Notes: generated by a model not told the origin, from the sequence alone. Counted from the first letter of the stretch, positions 25,842 to 34,739 are shown. The stretch: 64,000 nt of DNA from Propionibacteriaceae bacterium UBA7704 (GCA_002482525.1 DLGC01000010.1:10834-74833); one strand, 5' to 3'. Numbers and translations are program-made.

Positions 25842-28562
25842 TCATGGTCCGAGTCGCCTTCGTCGCAGCAGGAAGGGACCGGCTGCCAGGCCGATCACCG
25901 ATGCCACCAGTACTCCGCCGTAGATGGCCGTTGGTGGACCGTTTGTTGTGGAATCGGGCGTCGGGGCGGGCGTCTGCGACGGAAAGTCCACCGGCGTCAG
26001 GCCACTGCCCGCGCTGGGCTGCGACGCGGGCGCGGCTGCTGACGATGTCCCAGCGGGTTGGCTCGACGAACTGGCCGAAGGCTTCGGCGATGACGTGGCC
26101 GGAGTCGACCGTCGAAGGCTGTCAGCGGCTTTACCCGCCTGGGAGCGCAGCGCCGCCGGCAGCGGCGCATAGCCCTCGGGAAGCTCACCGATGGCCGTGC
26201 CGACACTCTGACCTTGGGCGCTGGTGGCGGTGTCGATCAAGTCGGCGTAGGCCCGCCGCTGCGCCGCCGGGGTCGAGGCATCGACAGCGAGATAGACGAT
26301 GCCTGTCAGCGGGTAGGCCGTGGCCGGCAGGGCATCAGCATCGGGAACCATCGAGAAGCCGGTCACCGTGCTGGAGGTGCGCGCTGCGACAGCGGCCGAC
26401 ATGCTCTTGGTCGAGGCCGACACGAAGGTGTCGGGCTGGTTGGGAACCTGCAACGCGGCCATCGGCAGTCCGAGCCGTTCGGCCTCGGCATAGCTGGTGA
26501 CCCCATTGATGAAGGCGTTGGTCCAACGCAGCTGGCCATCGCTGGTGTAGGTGCCCCCGTTGGGCAGATTCGAATTGGGATTCCAGGTGGTCTTGGAGCC
26601 GGTGTTCACCTTGAACACTCGGGTCGCCGCTGCGGCGAAGCTTGCCGCATAGGGAACCGCCTGCGACATGTCATAGCGCGGCTGGCTCTCGGTGGTGAGC
26701 ATCCGGGGCATGAGGGTCTGATCCGACTGCCCCAGGGTGTCGACGTCGGCGTCGCACAGGCACAGTGAATTCCCCGCACTGTCGGCAAGCCCTACCTTCG
26801 TCCACAGATAGGCGCCATCGGCGTCGGTCTTGGGGACCAGCGTGGAGACCTTCGCGCCGGTGGTGTTGGGCAGGTTCTTTTCCACCATCGTGGGCACCAC
26901 GCCCGCATAGCTTTTCGGCAAGTAGTAGGGGTTGATCGTCATTCCCGCGTTCTTGCTGTCGCCGTCGCGAACGTTGTCGGCCTGGCCTGCCAGAAACGCC
27001 CGAGCCTTGTCGTCGGCTTGCAGGTAGCTCCACAACGCGGCGATGGCATCCGAGCCGTTGGGCCCGACAAGCACCAGGCTTCCATTTCCGCTGAGGTTCA
27101 CGCCGGGGTTCAGCTCAGTGAATTCCCGGTCCAGGCGCAGCGCGCGAACCGGGCTTTGCCAGGTGCTGGCTGGAAGCTTCCAGGTGCTGTCCGGCACGGT
27201 GTGGAGGACGCCCAATCCCCCGACGCCCGTCGTCAAACCCAATCCGCTGCTCCAGGCGTAGGAGTTGGTGACCAGTTTCGCGATCAGCCGGGGGGTCAGC
27301 TTGATATTGGTGTAGCTGGCGCCGTCGTTGTTGGCCACATAGGCGATCCCGATCGACGCCACCGCCATCGGCGCATAGACGACCTTGGTCGCGGCCAGGG
27401 CCGAATCGGTGACCGAATCACTCACATACTTCGCCGTGATGGGACGCATGGTGAAGACGGCGGACGCCTGCCCGCTCACCAACTGCTCCCGAGCCAGGGC
27501 GTCGGCAGAACTTGTGAAGGTGAATGCCTGGGAAGTCGCGCGACACAGTTCTCGCTGCCAGGAGCTGATGGCGTTTTGCGCCAACTCCGATCCGCCCACC
27601 GGAATCTCACTACCCCCGGTGGCGCAGGCATCGGCAGTCGGACGGAAGGTGAGCGGGACCACGACTCGGTTTCCCCAATAGTCGCAGTTCGGGTTTACCG
27701 GCGACCCTTGCTGGGCAACCGGATAATCCGTCAAGTTCGTGGTGCAGTAGTTGCGCGAGGTCGAGTTGTGTTCGCCGCGGGGAACCACGACGAGCCAGCA
27801 CTGGTCGCTGGTCGCGGTGACGGTTCCGCCGCAGCCCAGGTAGGGCTGCGAAGCCGACGACTGCGTTTCAAATTCGAAAGTGGCACTGCCGTTGGATTCC
27901 ACCGGAACGGTGCGTTCGTTGGTGGTGGCGGCGTTGAAGACATCCAGGATGGGGGCGTCCTGACTGATCGAGTCGGTGGCGCCGCTGGAGTAGACCGTGC
28001 CGTCCACCGCGCGGAACGGCACGTCGAGTTCGCCGGGGTGCTTGAAGTAGGACTTGGTGAAGGTGGTACCGCGGCCATTGGCATTGCCGACGCCGGTCTC
28101 TTCACCGATGAGCACGCTGGGAGCGCTCTTCGCGTCGTACTCGAAAGCGCCCCACTCGCAGTTCTTGTAGAAATCGGCGGCCTGCGGGTCACCCCAGCAC
28201 TGCATCGCTTGCAGGAAGTTCGAGCCGAACTCATACCGGGTGCCGCCGGTCGATTCGACGATGGCTGTTGCGCCCGGCATTCCGGTGACCTTCACCGTGA
28301 CGGTCTGATCGATCAGGTCTTTGGTCTGATCCACGCTGACCGTCAGGTTCTTGAAGTCTTGATAGTGCTTGCTGGTGGCATCGCGCACGGGTTGATATGC
28401 CGCCGCCCGACTGGTGTCGGCATTCCACGCCACCGAGAGCGCTGAATCGCTGGTCGACGTGGCTCGCGCCACGGTGACACTGAACCCGGCGCCGCTTGCC
28501 ACAACCATCGCGCTGGCAGCCAGCGCACTGATCAAGGCCCACGCGGCCCGCCTTGTGTTCAT
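25842..28562 (-). CDS. Large (906 aa) secreted protein: N-terminal Cys-rich domain plus a divergent PstS-like PBP domain, with a C-terminal TM anchor
   Basis: Trimmed to ATG 28562 (GGAAGGA SD; ATGA overlap with the upstream stop). Signal peptide ending ARA. PBP-like segments IPVGGSELAQNAISSW, PMAVASIGIAYVA, AYPLTGIVYLAV, EGYAPLPAALRSQ. Ser/Pro-rich linker, hydrophobic helix, RRRRLGP tail. Confidence 0.65.
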   Translation of the reverse strand: MNTRRAAWALISALAASAMVVASGAGFSVTVARATSTSDSALSVAWNADTSRAAAYQPVRDATSKHYQDFKNLTVSVDQTKDLIDQTVTVKVTGMPGATAIVESTGGTRYEFGSNFLQAMQCWGDPQAADFYKNCEWGAFEYDAKSAPSVLIGEETGVGNANGRGTTFTKSYFKHPGELDVPFRAVDGTVYSSGATDSISQDAPILDVFNAATTNERTVPVESNGSATFEFETQSSASQPYLGCGGTVTATSDQCWLVVVPRGEHNSTSRNYCTTNLTDYPVAQQGSPVNPNCDYWGNRVVVPLTFRPTADACATGGSEIPVGGSELAQNAISSWQRELCRATSQAFTFTSSADALAREQLVSGQASAVFTMRPITAKYVSDSVTDSALAATKVVYAPMAVASIGIAYVANNDGASYTNIKLTPRLIAKLVTNSYAWSSGLGLTTGVGGLGVLHTVPDSTWKLPASTWQSPVRALRLDREFTELNPGVNLSGNGSLVLVGPNGSDAIAALWSYLQADDKARAFLAGQADNVRDGDSKNAGMTINPYYLPKSYAGVVPTMVEKNLPNTTGAKVSTLVPKTDADGAYLWTKVGLADSAGNSLCLCDADVDTLGQSDQTLMPRMLTTESQPRYDMSQAVPYAASFAAAATRVFKVNTGSKTTWNPNSNLPNGGTYTSDGQLRWTNAFINGVTSYAEAERLGLPMAALQVPNQPDTFVSASTKSMSAAVAARTSSTVTGFSMVPDADALPATAYPLTGIVYLAVDASTPAAQRRAYADLIDTATSAQGQSVGTAIGELPEGYAPLPAALRSQAGKAADSLRRSTPATSSPKPSASSSSQPAGTSSAAAPASQPSAGSGLTPVDFPSQTPAPTPDSTTNGPPTAIYGGVLVASVIGLAAGPFLLRRRRLGP

Positions 28563-30202
28563 AGCGTTGTCCTTCCGCGTGATCTTCGCGATCGGCGACG
28601 CACGAGCATCGGCGGCAGCAATACCGCAACCGCCACCAGCAGCCCCGCCGACACCATCGAGGCGTAGGCGGCCGGCGTCGGCCGAGCGAGGGGAATGGAC
28701 ACCGGGACACCCGCCACCTGGCCTTGGGGCGCTGACAGTTCTGAACCGGCTGCGATCTCGCTTCCGGTGCCTTGGGCCGCGCCTGCCTGAGCGGCGCTGC
28801 TTGCTGCCGCACCGCTGCCGGTGCCCGTCCCCGAACTGCCTGAGGCGGAGGATCCCGGGGTGGTGGACGTTTGTTTTGCGCCGCCGGTGCCGGAGGTGCA
28901 CTGGGTGGGCCCCTTCTTGTCACACGCGGCCGGATAGGGCGCGGTCTGGGCCAGTTTGTTCGCCCCGGAGGCCGAGAAGGTCGGATTGTGGCAATCCGAG
29001 ATCCCCTTGATCACCGGGTCGCCGCCCGGAATCTTCTGGATCTGGCTTTGTCCGGCCTTGACGAGGTTGATCGGCAGCGGAGAGTAGCCCAGTACCTCGG
29101 CAGACTGTTGGCCTTCGCACAGGAAGTAGGCCCCGAAGTCAGCGAGCGTGCGGCCTTTGTCGAGAGTGAACCCGTTTTGGGTCGACGTCGGCAGGATGAT
29201 GTAGGAGTAGCTCGACAGCGGATAGGTGCGCTTGTCCTTGTCGGTGTAGACCCCGTTCAGGTTCTGGGTGAGGTAATCCACCGAGTTCTTGTCGGTGTTG
29301 ATGCGCGCCTTCAGCAGCGCGACCGCGACGTTCTGCGCAGTGGGTTCGGTGTAGTAGCCGGCAGCGTTGAGGACTTTGGCCACCGGAAAGCCGGAGTTCA
29401 GCGCATAGGAATACTCGACGAAGGTGATCGCGCCCACGGCATGGGGCTGCGCAACGTAGCCGGCCACCCCATTCGACCCGGAGCGGGAGACGAAGCCCGA
29501 TCCGGGGGCCACCGGATAGTTCGAGGTCACGCCGCAGTGCCCGCTGACCAGCGGACGCCCCACCTTGCCACAGTAGGCATCCCAGTACTTCGGGTACATC
29601 TGGCGCAGCCAGATCGACACCTGTGCGGTCGCGCCGGAGCCGTCGGAGCGCACCACCGGCACGATGGGGATGGCGGGAAGATCCAGCAGCGGGTTGTCTG
29701 CCTTGATCGCCGGATCGTTCCAGCGAGTGATCGAACCGGTGAAGATCTGCGCGATGGTAGTGCCGGACAGCCGCAGATTGGTGACCCTCTTGCCGCCGAT
29801 CACCAGGTTGTACATGAAGGCGGTTCCACCGGCCACGATCGGCATGTACGCATACGGCCGTAAGGGGCGGGTGTCCTTCTCGTTGGAGTTGGAGATCGCA
29901 TAGGGAATCTCGCTGACCCCGAAGTCGGCGGTGCCGTTGGCGAAGTCGGTGCGTCCGATGGTCGATCCGGATTCCGAATAGGTGATCTTCCACTGGTAGT
30001 TGGCCCACACGTTGCGGATCCACGCCTGCAGGGCGTTGGCAGACCAGGTGGAGCCCGATCCCACGATCGGGGCATGGATACCAGACGCCTGGGCAGGCGT
30101 GACGGCGGTCAGGCCGGTGAAACCAAAGCTGATCAGCGTAAGGCCGGTAACCACAGCGACCATCCGCCACCACTGGGGGTGTGACCCCATCCTCGTACTC
30201 AT
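28559..30202 (-). CDS. pstS: Phosphate-binding protein PstS homolog with signal peptide, low-complexity linker and C-terminal TM anchor (no lipobox)
   Basis: IVGSGSTWSANAL, ESGSTIGRTDF, VRSDGSGATAQ, GAITFVEYSYAL and YPLSSYSYIILP are collinear with E. coli PstS as I recall it. The signal peptide ends AQA-SG and has no Cys. C-terminus is AGLLVAVAVLLPPMLVRRRSRRSRGR. ATGA overlaps at both ends. Confidence 0.85.
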   Translation of the reverse strand: MSTRMGSHPQWWRMVAVVTGLTLISFGFTGLTAVTPAQASGIHAPIVGSGSTWSANALQAWIRNVWANYQWKITYSESGSTIGRTDFANGTADFGVSEIPYAISNSNEKDTRPLRPYAYMPIVAGGTAFMYNLVIGGKRVTNLRLSGTTIAQIFTGSITRWNDPAIKADNPLLDLPAIPIVPVVRSDGSGATAQVSIWLRQMYPKYWDAYCGKVGRPLVSGHCGVTSNYPVAPGSGFVSRSGSNGVAGYVAQPHAVGAITFVEYSYALNSGFPVAKVLNAAGYYTEPTAQNVAVALLKARINTDKNSVDYLTQNLNGVYTDKDKRTYPLSSYSYIILPTSTQNGFTLDKGRTLADFGAYFLCEGQQSAEVLGYSPLPINLVKAGQSQIQKIPGGDPVIKGISDCHNPTFSASGANKLAQTAPYPAACDKKGPTQCTSGTGGAKQTSTTPGSSASGSSGTGTGSGAAASSAAQAGAAQGTGSEIAAGSELSAPQGQVAGVPVSIPLARPTPAAYASMVSAGLLVAVAVLLPPMLVRRRSRRSRGRTTL

Positions 30203-31440
30203 CCCGACCCGACCGCCTCCGAGCCGGAGATACCGGCACGTTCACGCCCGAGGAAGCGCCGCAGATCGCGAGCCGAAGCCCGTTGAGCGCGCGCTAAGCC
30301 CCGCTCGGTGAGGACGCCTGGTCCGCGTCCCCCCAGCAGGCGGGCAAGCATGAATAACACGAAGACCAGCACCATCAGTACGGCGGCGGCGCCGAAGCCG
30401 CGCGCGATCTGGGTGGGTTCGGGGCTCTTCACCAAGGTGAAAGTCGCAAACGGCAGCGAGGTCATCGGACCGGAGAAGGGGTTGAGATTGAAGAAGGTGG
30501 TGTAGCCGGCGGTGAGCAACACCGGACTGGTCTCGCCGATGCCGCGGGCGGTGCCGAGCACTACCGCGGTCATGAGTCCGGAGCGCGCCGTGGGGAGGGT
30601 CACATGCCACACGGTGCGAAGCCGGCTGGCACCGGTGGCCAGTGCCGCCTCTTTCAGGGTGGCCGGAACCAGTCGCAGCACGACATCGGCCGAGCGGATG
30701 ATGATCGGCAGGATCATGATGGTCACGGCCAAGGCTGCGGCGAAGCCGGACTTGTCCAGGCCGAACATGAGCACGTAGGTGGCCAGAATGAACAGCCCGC
30801 AGATGATGCTCGGCAGCGCGGTCATGGCCTCCACCACGGTGCGCAGCACTCGGGTGAACCGGGAGGGAAACTCCGCCATGCAGACCGCAGCGAGCAGCCC
30901 CAACGGGATGGAGATCGCCAACGCGATCGCGATCATGATCAAGGTGCCCACGGCGGCGTGCGCCATGCCGCCGACACTCAACGGATCCAAGGGTCCGGCC
31001 AGGGAGAGATCCTGAACCCAGAAGTTCCACTGGCTGAAGGCCGCCGACCCTCGAATGAGGGCGAACACCACGACCAGGATCAGCGCCAGCAGCAAGGTGA
31101 CGGCCGCAGAGTGGATCACCACTGCGATGATGCGGTCCTGCACCGTGACCCGATCAGCGTCCAAGCTGACCATCACCGCGTAGAGCCCGACGAAAAGCAG
31201 ATAGGCGATCGCGACGAAACCGACCGGGCTGTCAATCGGCAGCACCTGAGTGGTGAGCCAGTAGGTGATCGCCACCGCAGCGAGGGCGGCACCGACGATT
31301 CGCACTATGTCATCGGCTCGGATTCCCGACAGCGGACGGCGAATCTGCCCGGCGGCATCGGTGGTGACCTCCTCCGAGCGCACCTGGGTGCGGGCACCGA
31401 TACTCGCCAGTCCGGTCGAGGCGTTCAGCCGATCGCTCAT
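30199..31440 (-). CDS. pstA: Phosphate ABC transporter permease PstA
   Basis: Multi-TM permease with GGMAHAAVGTLIMI...IPLGLLAAVCMAEF and the EAA-like loop ALATGASRLRTVWHVTLPTA. Second permease of the pair. Confidence 0.85.
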   Translation of the reverse strand: MSDRLNASTGLASIGARTQVRSEEVTTDAAGQIRRPLSGIRADDIVRIVGAALAAVAITYWLTTQVLPIDSPVGFVAIAYLLFVGLYAVMVSLDADRVTVQDRIIAVVIHSAAVTLLLALILVVVFALIRGSAAFSQWNFWVQDLSLAGPLDPLSVGGMAHAAVGTLIMIAIALAISIPLGLLAAVCMAEFPSRFTRVLRTVVEAMTALPSIICGLFILATYVLMFGLDKSGFAAALAVTIMILPIIIRSADVVLRLVPATLKEAALATGASRLRTVWHVTLPTARSGLMTAVVLGTARGIGETSPVLLTAGYTTFFNLNPFSGPMTSLPFATFTLVKSPEPTQIARGFGAAAVLMVLVFVLFMLARLLGGRGPGVLTERGLARAQRASARDLRRFLGRERAGISGSEAVGSG

Positions 31441-31444
31441 GACG

Positions 31445-32485
31445 TCAGCTCGCCGCCCCGGATCGGGACCGTTGGATCAAGGCGCCGGCTGCGAAGTTGA
31501 TTCCCATGGTGATGATGAACAACACCAACCCGGCGGCCATCAAGGCAGACAGTTCGAACTGCGACGCCTCGCCGTTGCGCAGAGCGATCAGAGCCGACAC
31601 CGAGTTCGACCCGGTCGTCAGCACCTGCCAGTTGATGACGAAGACCGGACTGATCACCAGGTAGACCGCGATGGTCTCCCCCAGTGCCCGGCCCAGGCCG
31701 AGCATGGTGCCGCCGACGATGCCTCCGAAACCGAAGGGGTAGACGACGGTGCGGATCATTCCCCATTTGCTCGAACCCAGGGCGAGCGCGCCTTCGCGTT
31801 CGCCGACCGGCGCCTGGGTGAAGACCTCACGCATGATAGAGGCTGCGATCGGGGCCACCATCATGGCCACCACCAGGCCTGCGATGAGCGCGCTGGCGGT
31901 GAACACCGTCGGGGTGGCCAGCGGATCGTCGGGATTGAACTGCGGCGCGGCGAAGATGGGGATCCACCCCAGATAGGTGCTCAACCATTGCGCCACCGGC
32001 AGCACCTGGCCTTCTAGCCAGAACATTCCCCACAGTCCATAGACCACGCTGGGAATGGCGGCCATCAGGTCCACCACGCCAACCAGGAGTCCACGCAGGT
32101 GTTTGGGGGCGTATTCGGAGATGTAGGTGGCTGTGCCCAGCGCCAACGGGAGGGCCACGGCGATCGCGATCACCGCAATGGTCACGGTTCCGAAGAGGAC
32201 CGCCGCAATCCCGAAGCGGTGCGAGTTCGGCTCCCAGGCCTGTTCGGTGAAGAAGGAGAATCCGGCCGCTGACACCGCCTCCGCACCACGCACGGCCAGG
32301 AACAGCCCGACCAAGGTCATTAACAGCAGTACCGCGACGCCGCCGCCGTGGGTGACGATGCCGAAGGCACGATCCGAGCCACCCAGCCGTGCCGTGATCG
32401 CCCTGGGCGAATCCGGTTGCGGACGCACGACGACCTCCGGTTCGGGTGGACGTGCCACCTGACCCAGCACCGCGGGGTTCGGCAT
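31445..32485 (-). CDS. pstC: Phosphate ABC transporter permease PstC
   Basis: Multi-TM permease with FGIAAVLFGTV...LPLALGTATYISEYAP and EGALALGSSKWGMIRTVV. First gene of the chain; 4-nt gap to pstA. Confidence 0.85.
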   Translation of the reverse strand: MPNPAVLGQVARPPEPEVVVRPQPDSPRAITARLGGSDRAFGIVTHGGGVAVLLLMTLVGLFLAVRGAEAVSAAGFSFFTEQAWEPNSHRFGIAAVLFGTVTIAVIAIAVALPLALGTATYISEYAPKHLRGLLVGVVDLMAAIPSVVYGLWGMFWLEGQVLPVAQWLSTYLGWIPIFAAPQFNPDDPLATPTVFTASALIAGLVVAMMVAPIAASIMREVFTQAPVGEREGALALGSSKWGMIRTVVYPFGFGGIVGGTMLGLGRALGETIAVYLVISPVFVINWQVLTTGSNSVSALIALRNGEASQFELSALMAAGLVLFIITMGINFAAGALIQRSRSGAAS

Positions 32486-32927
32486 CCAGTACTCCTGCTT
32501 TCCGTGCGGCCCCGCGATTGCGAGTCCGACGGCGTCAGCGTGCCAAAGGCGTCGCTGTCACCGTCGCGAGCTAGGTATCGGAATGCCCCGTGTCAGATGA
32601 ACACCAGGAAACCGCTAACCCTCGGTCAGCGTCGCGCCGCGGTGCGGGCACGGGCACCACAGGCCTGCAGCAGCCGGGAAGACGGCTTAGTCGCCCCGCA
32701 GCGCACGAGCCGAGCCGATCCGTTAAGACGAACTGATGAGTTGGATGAAGTTGCCCTGAGAATTCATCCATTCGGACGATAAGTCCCCCGCGAGGAGACG
32801 CCACCATCACCGCATTGCCATGCGGGGATCACCGTCTGGACAACTGCCAGCCATCTGGTGTTGACGTCGCCGTGTCACCATTCGAGTCGAGGCCCTGCGT
32901 TCCTGGCCGAGCGAAAGGCAGGTCGGT

Positions 32928-33644
32928 GTGATCCGGGTGGTCCTCGGTGACGACAATCTTCGACAGCGCAGAATGCTGCGTCAGCATCTGGAGGAATCCG
33001 GCGACATCGTGGTGGTCGGCGAGGCCGGCACGCACGAGGCGGTTCAGTTGCTGGCTCGGAATCGGCGTCCACACGTTGTACTCACCGACGTACTGTTGGC
33101 CGGCAAGCCCGGCCTGGCCACCATTCGGGCGCTGACCGCGCCGCAGCCGGCCCGTGCGGTGGGCGTCATGGTGCTCACCTCCCACCGAAACCACGCCCGA
33201 GCGATCGATGCCCTCGATTGTGGCGCGATCGCCTTCCTGACCAGACCGATCAACAATGCCGACCTGGCATCGTTCGTGCGGGCTGCCGCTGCCGGCCAGG
33301 TACTGCTCTCGGCCACCGTCACCACCGCGATCCGCACCGAATTAGTGGCTCGCGGAGCGATGCTGTGGGGTGATCGGGATCCGATCACCGACCTGCTCAC
33401 CGCTACCGAACTCAGCGTGGTGGCCCTGCTGTGCTCAGGCTTGACCACCAACGAGGCGATCGCCGAGCAGCACCATGTGAGCGTCAACACCGTGCGATCC
33501 CAGTTGCAGCGGTGTCTACGCAAGACAGGCTTGAGTGATCGCACCCAACTGGCGCTGTGGGGGGTGCGGCACGGCCTGGGTCAGCCGAGCCGTCCTACGC
33601 CGCCACTCTCACCGGATCTGCTCGCGCTGCCGGATTCGGGGTAG
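32928..33644 (+). CDS. NarL/LuxR-family response regulator, orphan and atypical
   Basis: GTG start. Receiver motifs VVLGDDN, VVLTDVLL, VLTSH, but AFLTRP where K-P is expected. C-terminal LuxR HTH LTATELSVVALLCSGLTTNEAIAEQHHVSVNTVRSQL. No adjacent kinase gene. Confidence 0.75.
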   Translation: MIRVVLGDDNLRQRRMLRQHLEESGDIVVVGEAGTHEAVQLLARNRRPHVVLTDVLLAGKPGLATIRALTAPQPARAVGVMVLTSHRNHARAIDALDCGAIAFLTRPINNADLASFVRAAAAGQVLLSATVTTAIRTELVARGAMLWGDRDPITDLLTATELSVVALLCSGLTTNEAIAEQHHVSVNTVRSQLQRCLRKTGLSDRTQLALWGVRHGLGQPSRPTPPLSPDLLALPDSG

Positions 33645-34739
33645 CCGCTTGGCCAGCTCGGATTCGAAGAGGTGACGCACGGCCTCGGTGTCGACCTTGC
33701 CGTCCAGCATCGGCAGGTTCTTGGTGAACGCCCGCTGGCATACCACCAGCCAGGCCTGACCCATCGCCAAGGTGAAGCCTGAGGCGACGGTGGCGTTGAT
33801 CACACCGCCTGCCACGGATCCGGCACCGGGAATCAGCTTCAGCAGGCTCGACGCCGCAGCCCGGCCCGCCGAGGTGGCCACCGAGGTCGATGCCACCGCC
33901 AGCAACGCGGACTTGTCCAGACCGAAGCCGTGCAGGTGGGCGATGCGCGCCATCATCGACAACTGGATGGGCACCAGTACCGCCGCTGAGGAGAACGGGA
34001 TCGGCACCGCGGCGGCAGCAGCCGCTGCAGTGACAGCGGCGGCTACGGTCTTGTTCGATTGCGACGATTTGAGTTCCAGATCGATCTCCTGCGCTGCGGC
34101 GAGGGCTGCCTGAACCGCTTCTGGAGCACGGTGAAAGGTCGCCCGTAACACGTCGATCAAGCCGTAGGGCGACTGACCGGCGAACTGGTCCCTCAAGGCG
34201 TAGGTCATGAAGGGGCGCCCGCCGTAGATCGGCAGGTTGCGGTCTTTGATCTGGTTGGCGAGCTCGACGGCGTCGGGATGGAATCGACCTTCCCGCATCG
34301 GAACCTGAGTCAGCACCACGACCACCGGCAGGCCGAGGTCCGCCAGGGTACGGATGAAGCGCTCCTCGACCTCCTCGAACCGGCGGTCCATGCCACGCAC
34401 GCAGTACCAGGCGACATGGATCTGGTCACTCAGTGCCTTGGTGCGGGATTGCTTCACCATGTCGGTGAGCTCTTTGAGGATTTCGGCGTCATCGCGCCCG
34501 ATCTCCACCCCGCGGGTGTCGATGATGCCCAAGGTGCCGCGGTCGTCGAGGTAGATGTGCGAACCCATCGTGACCGGCGCCCCGATGCCGGTGTCGGCCA
34601 CCGGCGCGCCGAAGATGGCATTGACCAAGGTGGACTTTCCCACCCCGGTCTTGCCGAAGACTGCAATATTCACACGACCGAGTTGCTCGGCCTGTTTGCC
34701 GAACTCGGCGCTGAACGATTCGGTGAACCACTGGGTCAT
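33609..34739 (-). CDS. P-loop GTPase-like protein with a C-terminal DUF697-like membrane-associated domain
   Basis: G1 GKTGVGKS and G3 DTRG are present. VVVVLTQVP sits where NKxD is expected. Ala-rich hydrophobic C-terminal half (AVPIPFSSAAVLVPIQLSMMARI...). The 3' end overlaps the convergent response-regulator gene by 36 nt. Confidence 0.65.
   Translation of the reverse strand: MTQWFTESFSAEFGKQAEQLGRVNIAVFGKTGVGKSTLVNAIFGAPVADTGIGAPVTMGSHIYLDDRGTLGIIDTRGVEIGRDDAEILKELTDMVKQSRTKALSDQIHVAWYCVRGMDRRFEEVEERFIRTLADLGLPVVVVLTQVPMREGRFHPDAVELANQIKDRNLPIYGGRPFMTYALRDQFAGQSPYGLIDVLRATFHRAPEAVQAALAAAQEIDLELKSSQSNKTVAAAVTAAAAAAAVPIPFSSAAVLVPIQLSMMARIAHLHGFGLDKSALLAVASTSVATSAGRAAASSLLKLIPGAGSVAGGVINATVASGFTLAMGQAWLVVCQRAFTKNLPMLDGKVDTEAVRHLFESELAKRLPRIRQREQIR

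Noticed and set aside
23784-28445. Plus-strand ORFs 23784..25370 (528 aa), 25844..26500 and 27018..28445 (475 aa)
   Set aside because: They are antisense to the signal-peptide-bearing PBP-like genes and are Arg/Gly/Asp-rich shadow frames. The minus-strand genes have SD sequences, signal peptides and start/stop coupling.
22367-30202. Canonical sortase substrates (LPXTG/LAXTG signals) among the co-encoded anchored proteins
   Set aside because: I read the last ~60 residues of the 28559-30202, 25842-28562 and 23353-23976 products and found no LPXTG, LAXTG or similar pentapeptide before the hydrophobic helix. The anchors are treated as plain C-terminal TM helices.
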